In this document: one piece after another, positions 1 to 7,500 of the stretch
Layout: each line of letters begins with the position of its first letter
Numbering within the stretch: the stretch's first letter is position 1
The notes under the pieces: model-generated
Told to the model about the DNA's origin: nothing
The model's input: only the letters and a program-made list of their open reading frames with translations
Databases searched by the model: none
Assembly: GCA_900313285.1 (NCBI GenBank)
Contig: OMQP01000001.1
Location: forward strand, 1-40,141
Reading direction: 5' to 3'
DNA: 40,141 nt
Origin: an uncultured Pseudomonadota bacterium
GTDB taxonomy: Bacteria; Pseudomonadota; Alphaproteobacteria; Rs-D84
Translations under genes and position numbers: made by a program

Positions 1-626
1 CGTTTAAGATATGTTATTGCATTATCAAAATCGCCACTGTCTAAAAAATATATTCCGGACAAATACATTAATGCAGGATTCATGATTTCACGAAACGCCA
101 ACCAATCGCTAGTGTTTTTATTTATAAATTCTTTTATATCTTCATTTTCATAAATTCTGTTTTTGTTTTCTTCAATCATTTTTTCGTATTGTCGTGACAT
201 ATTTTTTTGGCGTTCATATGATTGATTTATTACTACACGCACATTATTGAAATCTTGTTGTGCCAACAAATCCCATATTTGATAATATGATACAAATAAA
301 GAATCCATCATGTATGGTTTATAAGAATTGACCGCCTGGCCAAGTAATAGCCCAGTGGCTTCACGAGAAATAGATGAAGATGTTTCGTGCAAATTTCTTT
401 TGTTGAATTCTTCAAAAGTTAAATCGCTTTCTTTGAATTTATTTGCATGGAACAGGGCGGCCCCATTTATTAACAAATCAAGATTGCTTTGATCTTTTGC
501 ATTTGAATCATCGGTTATTTCAAAATCAGATTTTGCAAAATTATTTTGAATATTATCAAGACGTGATTGTACCGTCGCGGCACATCCGTATAAAAACAAT
601 AAACAAATAATAATTATTTTGCGCAT
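1..626 (-). pseudogene. lipoprotein-like gene (3' end beyond window) interrupted by one in-frame TAA
   Basis: Hand translation. ATG at 624-626 gives MRKIIIICLLFLYGC, a lipobox signal. The same frame hits TAA at 516-518, then stays open from 515 to position 1 (..DLLINGAALFHANKF..SYKPYMMDSLFVSYYQIWDLL..NPALMYLSGIYFLDSGDFDNAITYLK, helical-repeat/TPR-like). It is absent from the ORF track because it runs off the edge. Confidence 0.5.
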
Positions 627-644
627 GTGGTTAGTATAAACCGA

Positions 645-2915
645 TTAATGCAAAGGTTCCAATATTTTTATTTCTTTTGTTTGCGGATTTAAAACGCAAG
701 GATTTCCTTCGTAGCCCATAATCGCATGATGTGATGGAATTAAAAATTCAGGTAATGGTGAAGATTCACCAAGCGCGATTTTTTCCAAAAGTTTTTTCTG
801 AATAGGTGTTTTGTTCATATAATATTGTATGTTTGTCGCTTCTATTGGGCGATGATACCAACCTTGATAAATAACCAATTGTTTATCTTTTGGTAATTTC
901 ATGATATCCATTTCAGTATAAAGCCATTCTTCTTTTGGCTTTTTTACCTCTTTACCGTCTTTGTCTTTTTCAATTTTTTCTGTTTTTTTCATCCCAATCA
1001 TTTCAACAAATTTATGTGCAGTATCAAAATCATTTTGACGTAAAACAATTTTTGCAGCGGTTGTTGATATAATTGTTGATGCAGCATCTGCACCATATTT
1101 TTCCTGAATCTGATGGATGTCTTGCCCAATGATTAAATAAGATACTTTGCATCCACGACCTAAATCTGGCCCCTGAATAACCGCATCTAATTTTTGCATT
1201 TTTGGCATTTCATCTAAAGCAAACAAAACAGGGTATGGACCAACACGTTCACCATCGACAATGGTGTCTGGAGTATGTGCCAATAAATAACTCGACATCA
1301 GTTCAATGAATATAGCAGTAATAGGGTTCACTGCTTGGGCATCGACCAAGTTCACGGATAAATAAACACTTACTGGTTTAATTTTACCATCTCGCGGATC
1401 TTTCATTCCACGTAAATCAGCAAAATGGAAGTCGGAATGACTTGTTCTGTTGCGAACGGCAGCATTACGGAATATCGCTAACCCTTCAACCATTGTTGAT
1501 AATATAGATCCGCGTTCTTTATCTGGGGTATTCGCTAATTGTGTTAATTCCGATACTGCACGATGTGCGTACGAAAAACGACGCGCTTCTTCGACTGCTT
1601 CTAATAATAAATCTTTCATTGGGTCTGCCATCATAACCATTTGGTCGCCCTGACGTCTGCGTTCTTCCATTTGTTCGGCAATTGCAACCTGACTTGATGT
1701 CAACCAATCAAGAATCATAGAAAGTGATGCTTCTTTGCCATGCCATGCATCTGGAATGTGAGCCCATGTTCCAACATGTACATAATTTGTTGTATTTAAT
1801 TCACCACGTTGTAACAAAGAATATGCAGCGTACGCATTTGGATCATTCATCATGGATAAATAATAATCACCCAAAACAGCGGCGTCATCACTGTTAAATG
1901 TTCCGTTATTTATACGTGCATAAAAATAATCATCAGCTTTTGCACGTTCAACCTTGGATACAATAAAATTGACCAATCCAGATAATCCTGCGCGTCCAGT
2001 GTTCGCCCAGTGCGGATCTGCATTTGCGCCTTTTGCGTCTGGAACCAGAACTTTGCAAATGGCATCGATATACAAATCGCGTTGTTCTGGATTATACGGA
2101 ACATGTTCAGGTGACAATGGATTCCATGATGGGTAATATATACCACGTTCTGGTTCGTCCTGACCCGCCCAATTCATAATAAATACAGGACCTATAGTTG
2201 CACGATATGCAGAAGTTTTTTGTTTTAATTCTGGTTTTGGATCGTTAATAATCATGGATACCCCATCACAGTCCAAAATAGTTGGAACTATAACGCCGGT
2301 TGTTTTACCAGTTCCTGGAGGTGCAACGCACAAGGCAGACAAACATTCATCCATCATTAATGGTGTATCTTTACCCTTGTACTTGAAATACCCCAATACC
2401 ATCATGAAACCATGGAATAAACCTTCTTTGTTTTTGAAATCTGCAGCCATTTGTTTAATATCATCGACGGTTGCTTTGCGGGAAGATTTTTCATCGTAAT
2501 TGTCTTTGCCAGCCGGGTTAAATTCGGCCTTTAATGTATCGTCAACCAAGAAATAATATGCGATTATTGGTAATAATGGTGTTATGGACGCAATGTCTGG
2601 GTGTTGCATAGTGCGTGCAATCCAATATGGTATTTCTGCTATAACAGACATACCAAGCGTCATAAACATATTCTTTATATATATAATAACCCAATGTTGT
2701 GTGGCAATTCCCCATCCATAACGCCATATATGTTCAACAGCAAAAGACAGCCCAAACGCGAATGCGCATATCAACCAAATACCGACATTCCAGCGCATAT
2801 TCCAAAATTTACGAGCCACAGGTGCCTGTTCGTGTTCTTTGTATGCGCTTGATTCAAAGATCTTTAAACCTTTGCCTTTGCCACTGCTAGAGAAAATGTT
2901 GAACTTTATTGCCAT
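645..2915 (-). CDS. type IV secretion coupling protein (VirD4/TraG-family T4CP)
   Basis: 756 aa with N-terminal TM helices. Walker A is CVAPPGTGKTTGVIVPT, followed by IINDPKPE and ..WNPL. The Walker B region is LFALDEMPKM. IIGQDIHQIQEKYG..RQNDFDTA matches the VirD4/TraG Q-x-x-Q-x-x-x-YG signature. Confidence 0.8.
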   Translation of the reverse strand: MAIKFNIFSSSGKGKGLKIFESSAYKEHEQAPVARKFWNMRWNVGIWLICAFAFGLSFAVEHIWRYGWGIATQHWVIIYIKNMFMTLGMSVIAEIPYWIARTMQHPDIASITPLLPIIAYYFLVDDTLKAEFNPAGKDNYDEKSSRKATVDDIKQMAADFKNKEGLFHGFMMVLGYFKYKGKDTPLMMDECLSALCVAPPGTGKTTGVIVPTILDCDGVSMIINDPKPELKQKTSAYRATIGPVFIMNWAGQDEPERGIYYPSWNPLSPEHVPYNPEQRDLYIDAICKVLVPDAKGANADPHWANTGRAGLSGLVNFIVSKVERAKADDYFYARINNGTFNSDDAAVLGDYYLSMMNDPNAYAAYSLLQRGELNTTNYVHVGTWAHIPDAWHGKEASLSMILDWLTSSQVAIAEQMEERRRQGDQMVMMADPMKDLLLEAVEEARRFSYAHRAVSELTQLANTPDKERGSILSTMVEGLAIFRNAAVRNRTSHSDFHFADLRGMKDPRDGKIKPVSVYLSVNLVDAQAVNPITAIFIELMSSYLLAHTPDTIVDGERVGPYPVLFALDEMPKMQKLDAVIQGPDLGRGCKVSYLIIGQDIHQIQEKYGADAASTIISTTAAKIVLRQNDFDTAHKFVEMIGMKKTEKIEKDKDGKEVKKPKEEWLYTEMDIMKLPKDKQLVIYQGWYHRPIEATNIQYYMNKTPIQKKLLEKIALGESSPLPEFLIPSHHAIMGYEGNPCVLNPQTKEIKILEPLH

Positions 2916-2922
2916 GATTGTT

Positions 2923-2931
2923 ATTATATCA
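2923..2931 (-). promoter_or_regulatory. extended -10 promoter element (TGaTATAAT) 7 nt upstream of the T4CP ATG
   Basis: The minus strand reads ttatttttaTGaTATAATaacaatcATG. There is no Shine-Dalgarno between the -10 and the ATG. Confidence 0.35.
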
Positions 2932-2966
2932 TAAAAATAAACCTTTTTATACCAAAAGATTTAAAA

Positions 2967-3626
2967 ATGCAAAATATACCAAGAATATATATCAAAGATA
3001 AAATAGAATCTGGAAAATCATTGCCTGTTGATAAAGATATTGTTCATTATTTGCGTCATGTTATGCGTCGAAATGATTGTTTGGTTTTTAATTCTGGGTT
3101 GGAATATACGGCGGCACTTAGTGATGATAATAAAAATATTATTATTGGTGAACAAACAGATCATGTCGACCCAAGTAATGATTTGATTTTTTGTTTTGCA
3201 CCAATTAAAAAGCTGGACGAAATGTTAAATATGGTGACACAAATGGGTGTTGCTGTTTTGCAACCTGTTATAACAGAACGCACAGTTGCACATCATGTAA
3301 ATTGGGAACGTATGCAGAAAATTATAACAGAAGCATCTGAACAATCTGGTCGTAACAGTGTACCAGAATTACGCAATCCAATTAAATTTGAAGAATTAGA
3401 TTTAACAAATTTGATTGTTGCGGACGAACGATTCGCACATGGTAAAAAAGGCACAAAACAAACTGTTTCTGGGAATCGAGTTTTTATAGGACCCGAAGGT
3501 GGCTTTTCATTGTCTGAATTTGAAAAAATGGACGCATCAGGTGTAAAAGGTTTATCGCTGGGTCAAACAATTTTACGTGCAGAAGTTGCTGCGGTTGTGT
3601 CTGTATCAAAGGTGTTAGATAAATGA
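2967..3626 (+). CDS. rsmE: 16S rRNA m3U1498 methyltransferase RsmE
   Basis: 219 aa. The C-terminal SPOUT knot motif is VFIGPEGGFSLSEF .. LGQTILRAE. The gene overlaps the next gene by ATGA. Confidence 0.8.
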   Translation: MQNIPRIYIKDKIESGKSLPVDKDIVHYLRHVMRRNDCLVFNSGLEYTAALSDDNKNIIIGEQTDHVDPSNDLIFCFAPIKKLDEMLNMVTQMGVAVLQPVITERTVAHHVNWERMQKIITEASEQSGRNSVPELRNPIKFEELDLTNLIVADERFAHGKKGTKQTVSGNRVFIGPEGGFSLSEFEKMDASGVKGLSLGQTILRAEVAAVVSVSKVLDK

Positions 3627-4330
3627 GTACACGTTTAGCAAAATTTTTATCTGATTCTGGCGTTGCTTCGCGTCGTAGCGCAGAAGATTTAATTAAATCT
3701 GGTGTTGTATCTGTGAATGGAAAGATTATAGATACGCCAGTATTCTTTGTTGATGGAAATGAAAAAATTTGTGTAAATGGTATTGAAATAGAAAAATCAA
3801 ATGAAACAAAATTATATATGTTTTATAAACCACTTAACACTATGACAACAACAAAAGATCCGTTGGGGCGTAAAACTATATATGATGTATTGGATAAAAA
3901 ATATAGAAATTTAAAATACATTGGTCGTCTTGATTTTAAAACAACAGGTTTATTGCTTTTAACCAACAATGGTGAATTGGCAAGACAAATGTCTTTGCCT
4001 AAAAATCATATTCCGCGTACTTATATTGCTACTGTTGATAAATATTCAAAAAATAATTTAGATATCGCACGTCATGGTGTGGTTGTTGATGGTATAAAAT
4101 ATCGCCCTATGAAAATAGAAACAATAGATGAACATAATTTAAAAGTCACAGTAGAAGAGGGTAAAAAGAACGAAATTCGAATCGTTTTGAAACATATTGG
4201 TTCGCCTGTTAAGGCATTACATCGTATTTCGTATGGATCGTTTGTATTGGGTGATTTAGGTGTTGGAAAAATTTTAGAAATAGATAAGAAAACAATTGAC
4301 GCATGCTTAAAAAAATTGCTAAAATTATAA
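3623..4330 (+). CDS. rRNA pseudouridine synthase, RsuA/RluB family
   Basis: The N-terminal S4 domain is RLAKFLSDSGVASRR. The catalytic motif is GRLDFKTTGLLLLTNNGELA. Confidence 0.85.
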   Translation: MSTRLAKFLSDSGVASRRSAEDLIKSGVVSVNGKIIDTPVFFVDGNEKICVNGIEIEKSNETKLYMFYKPLNTMTTTKDPLGRKTIYDVLDKKYRNLKYIGRLDFKTTGLLLLTNNGELARQMSLPKNHIPRTYIATVDKYSKNNLDIARHGVVVDGIKYRPMKIETIDEHNLKVTVEEGKKNEIRIVLKHIGSPVKALHRISYGSFVLGDLGVGKILEIDKKTIDACLKKLLKL

Positions 4331-4352
4331 ATATGAAGAGAGGGAGTTTTTT

Positions 4353-5315
4353 ATGAAAAAAGCAAAAAACACAAAAAAAGTACAACCAGCAACAAAGAAA
4401 ATCGTTGCAAAAGAACCATGCTGTGCCAGCAGCGTTTGGTCGTGGACGATTTATGTTTATTGGTTTATTATCTTGTTCTTTATTGCGATAACTTTTTATA
4501 TTATTGGACGCAGTCATGAATTTTTGCATCCTGCACCAAGAAATGTTGTTGTCACAGAAGAAGCTTTAATACAACCTGATGATTATATCGCTTCTGCAAA
4601 AGAAAAATTGATTGCTGGCAATATTGAGGAAGCAATTACAGAATTAAATGCTGCGGTTGATGCAAATGCATCTTCTAATCTGTATGCTTTTCGTGGTGAA
4701 GCATATATGCAAACAGGGGAATATCAAAAAGCATTGGAAGATTTTGATTCTGCCATTGAAATTGACGGTATGAACGCGGTTGCTTTCTATGACAGATCGT
4801 TGTTGAATACACGTCTTGAAAATTATGAAGCTGCATTAGCAGATATAAATAACGCTTTGGCTGCACAATCTATGAAGCCATCTGATATTTTGAATATGCG
4901 TAATTTATATGCAAAACGTGGTCAATTGAATTTATGGTTGAAAAATTGGCAGGGGGCAATCGCTGATTATACAAATTCACTTGCACGTTCAGAAGGCAGT
5001 GTTTCTGCAAATGTTTATGCTGAACGTGCAGAAGCGTACACTGCGATGGGCGATTATGAAAGCGCGGTCAATGATTACACTTCTGCTGTTCGTATAATCA
5101 GTGAACAAATCCAGGCAGCACCAACCCAAGAAGAACGTGAAATGCAATCAAGCAATGCGATGGCTTATTTCGAAAAATCTGCTGCATTGAATTTGAATTT
5201 GGGTAAAACAGATGCGGCAAAGACAGATTTAGAATCTGCATTTGCTATCGCTGTTGCTCTGAATGATGAAGAGAGTATCGAAAGAATTCAAAATTTAATA
5301 AATGGTTTGAATTAG
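4353..5315 (+). CDS. membrane-anchored TPR-repeat protein
   Basis: Basic N-terminus, one TM helix (WSWTIYVYWFIILFFIAITFYIIG), then repeated A-x-x-D-Y/F-x-x-A-I/L TPR-like units. SD gagggag lies upstream. Confidence 0.6.
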   Translation: MKKAKNTKKVQPATKKIVAKEPCCASSVWSWTIYVYWFIILFFIAITFYIIGRSHEFLHPAPRNVVVTEEALIQPDDYIASAKEKLIAGNIEEAITELNAAVDANASSNLYAFRGEAYMQTGEYQKALEDFDSAIEIDGMNAVAFYDRSLLNTRLENYEAALADINNALAAQSMKPSDILNMRNLYAKRGQLNLWLKNWQGAIADYTNSLARSEGSVSANVYAERAEAYTAMGDYESAVNDYTSAVRIISEQIQAAPTQEEREMQSSNAMAYFEKSAALNLNLGKTDAAKTDLESAFAIAVALNDEESIERIQNLINGLN

Positions 5316-5316
5316 T

Positions 5317-5348
5317 AAAAAAATCCGCCAATACGGCGGATTTTTTTT
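5317..5348 (+). terminator. rho-independent terminator after the TPR gene
   Basis: aaaaaaATCCGCCaatacGGCGGATtttttttt: GC-rich stem plus a T-run. Confidence 0.75.
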
Positions 5349-5375
5349 GACTTTTGTTTTTTCTTGTAATAAAAT
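5347..5375 (+). promoter_or_regulatory. sigma70-like promoter P1 (TTGACT-17-TAAAAT)
   Basis: -35 at 5347-5352 and -10 at 5370-5375. The expected +1 falls on A5382, which is the A of the mini-ORF ATG. Confidence 0.4.
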
Positions 5376-5381
5376 ACGGAC

Positions 5382-5438
5382 ATGTTTTATAAGTTATTTA
5401 TCTTCACAGCTACAACTACAACCCCTTTGGGGGTCTAG
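5382..5438 (+). CDS. candidate Thr-rich leader peptide upstream of thrS (MFYKLFIFTATTTTPLGV)
   Basis: ATG 5382, TAG 5436-5438. Codons 9-14 are ACA GCT ACA ACT ACA ACC. No SD. The ORF is below the ORF-track size cutoff. Confidence 0.4.
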   Translation: MFYKLFIFTATTTTPLGV

Positions 5439-5447
5439 ATTTCTATA

Positions 5448-5476
5448 TTGCGATTATTTTTCGCACGTACTATAAT
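5448..5476 (+). promoter_or_regulatory. promoter-like site P2 (TTGCGA-17-TATAAT) upstream of thrS
   Basis: -35 at 5448-5453 and a perfect -10 at 5471-5476. The site overlaps the hairpin UGCGA-N7-UCGCA. Confidence 0.4.
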
Positions 5477-5523
5477 AAGCAAGCAATTTAATAAAATTTA
5501 TAAAATAAAAAAGAAGGTTAATT

Positions 5524-7257
5524 ATGTCTTATCCTATTGAAATAATCCGTCATTCATTGGCACATGTGATGGCGGCAGCTGTGCAAAAATTACATCCTGA
5601 TGTGAAATTTGCAGGTGGTCCTGCAATTGAAAACGGTTTCTATTATGATTTTGATACAGAATACCGTTTCAGCGAAGAAGATTTTGCAGCTATTGAAAAA
5701 GAAATGAAATCTTTGATTAAATCTGATGGTCGTTTTGACAGACGTGAAATATCGTTAGATGAAGCCAAAGAATTATTTAAAGACCAACCATATAAAATGG
5801 AATGGTTGAATGAATATGATGCAAATGGCGAAGTATTATCTGTTTATTCTTTCCGTGATTTTACAGATCTTTGCCGTGGTCCACACGTTGCGTCTTCTAA
5901 AGATTTACCAAAAGATGGTTTCAAAATAAGAAGTGTTGCAGGTGCATATTGGAAAGGCGATTCGAAAAACAAAATGTTACAACGTATTTATGTTGATGCA
6001 TTTGAAAGCGCAGAAGCATTGGAAGAATTTTTGAAAATGCAGGAAGAAGCGGCTGCGCGTGACAATCGTAAACTGGGTAAAGATATGGATTTGTTCCATT
6101 TTGAACCAGAATATGCCCCAGGTGCTGTTTTTTGGCATGACAAAGGATATAAAATTTATCGTAAATTAATTGAATATATTCGCGCACGTCAGGAAAAGGC
6201 AGGGTATTTTGAAATATCAACGCCTTCTGTGATGGACAGATGTTTATGGGAAAAATCAGGACATTGGGCAAAATATGGTGCGCACAATTATTCTGGTACA
6301 ACCCAAGATGGCAAAGTTTTCTGTGTGAAACCTATGTCTTGTCCTGGCGGCATGTTGGTATTTGGTAATGGTTTGAAATCATATAAAGATTTGCCATTGT
6401 ATTTGGCAGAATTTGGTAAAGTAAATCGTTACGAAGCTGCAGGTGCGTTGGCTGGTTTGATGCGTGTTCGTGAATTTACTCAAGACGATGCCCATATCTT
6501 TTGTACGGAAGATCAGTTGGAAGATGAAGTTGTAAAAATTTTACGTTTCATCAAAGATATTTATGGGAAATTTGGTTTTGATAAAATCACGATGAAATTA
6601 GCAACGCGTCCATTGTCTGAATTCCGTATAGGAAGTGATGAAGTTTGGGATAAAGCGGAAGGCGCGCTTAAAAACGCGTTGGAAAAGAACGGAATCGCAT
6701 ACGAGATTGCAGAAAATGACGCTGCGTTCTATGGACCAAAAATAGACAACTATTTAAAAGATTCTATGGGACGTGTATGGCAATGTGGTACGGTCCAATT
6801 GGATATGAATTTGCCAGAAAGATTTGATTTATCTTATATTGGCGAAGATGGCGAAAAACATCGTCCAATTATGTTGCATCGTGCAATGTTAGGATCTATT
6901 GAAAGATTTATGGGAATATTGCTTGAATCAACGGGTGGGGCATTACCATTATGGTTGTCACCAGAACCGGTGGTTGTCGTTCCTGTATCTGAAAAATATA
7001 AAGATTATGCGGACGAAGTTGTTTCATCTCTGAAAGAATCAGGTGTAAATGCACGTGGTGATTTGCGTGATGAAAAAGTGAATTATAAAGTTCGTGAATT
7101 ATCATTGTCAAAAACACCAATCATCGCAGTTGTCGGTGAAAAAGAAATGGCAGATAAATCGGTTACGTTGCGTTATCTTGGCAAAGAAGGTCAGGAAGTT
7201 AAATCACTGGCTGAATTTGTTGAATATATGAAAAACGCGATTAAGATGCCGTTATAA
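5524..7257 (+). CDS. thrS: threonyl-tRNA synthetase lacking the N-terminal TGS domain
   Basis: 577 aa. It starts in the editing domain (IEIIRHSLAHVMAAAV..GPAIENGFYYDFD). Class II core motifs and the anticodon-binding C-terminus are present. SD gaagg. An in-frame TAA 15 nt upstream (5506-5508) excludes a longer N-terminus. Confidence 0.93.
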   Translation: MSYPIEIIRHSLAHVMAAAVQKLHPDVKFAGGPAIENGFYYDFDTEYRFSEEDFAAIEKEMKSLIKSDGRFDRREISLDEAKELFKDQPYKMEWLNEYDANGEVLSVYSFRDFTDLCRGPHVASSKDLPKDGFKIRSVAGAYWKGDSKNKMLQRIYVDAFESAEALEEFLKMQEEAAARDNRKLGKDMDLFHFEPEYAPGAVFWHDKGYKIYRKLIEYIRARQEKAGYFEISTPSVMDRCLWEKSGHWAKYGAHNYSGTTQDGKVFCVKPMSCPGGMLVFGNGLKSYKDLPLYLAEFGKVNRYEAAGALAGLMRVREFTQDDAHIFCTEDQLEDEVVKILRFIKDIYGKFGFDKITMKLATRPLSEFRIGSDEVWDKAEGALKNALEKNGIAYEIAENDAAFYGPKIDNYLKDSMGRVWQCGTVQLDMNLPERFDLSYIGEDGEKHRPIMLHRAMLGSIERFMGILLESTGGALPLWLSPEPVVVVPVSEKYKDYADEVVSSLKESGVNARGDLRDEKVNYKVRELSLSKTPIIAVVGEKEMADKSVTLRYLGKEGQEVKSLAEFVEYMKNAIKMPL

Positions 7258-7290
7258 AAAAACAGGGCGCGATTTTTCGCGCCCTTATAT
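7258..7290 (+). terminator. rho-independent terminator after thrS
   Basis: aaaaacAGGGCGCGAttttTCGCGCCCTtatatat. Confidence 0.7.
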
Positions 7291-7309
7291 ATATAAGGAA
7301 TAAAAGGAC

Positions 7310-7450
7310 ATGAAAAAAATATTATTATTTGTTGCATTGTGTTCGGTTGTCGTTACGGTGGCTGGATGTTGTAAATGTGAAAATGAACCTGTTATTGAAG
7401 AAAATCATAAATTAATTGTTCCACCTAATTTTGGAAATATGCCAAAATAA
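7310..7450 (+). CDS. small lipoprotein (46 aa)
   Basis: SD aaagga. MKKILLFVALCSVVVTVAGC carries a lipobox and is followed by CKCENEPVIEENHKLIVPPNFGNMPK. The ORF is below the ORF-track size cutoff. Confidence 0.55.
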   Translation: MKKILLFVALCSVVVTVAGCCKCENEPVIEENHKLIVPPNFGNMPK

Positions 7451-7471
7451 TTTTGGTTTGTGCTTTTTTTA

Positions 7472-7480
7472 TGATATAAT
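7472..7480 (+). promoter_or_regulatory. extended -10 element TGaTATAAT upstream of the SPOR gene
   Basis: Sequence tttatGATATAAT at 7472-7480. Confidence 0.35.
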
Positions 7481-7500
7481 ATATCCATGATAATTCAAAA

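Noticed and set aside
5340-5523. T-box riboswitch or E. coli-type tRNA-mimic operator upstream of thrS
   Set aside because: No T-box core (..GGUGGUACCGCG-like) or specifier-loop architecture is visible. The small hairpins do not carry a Thr anticodon-like loop. The region is too short for a T-box.
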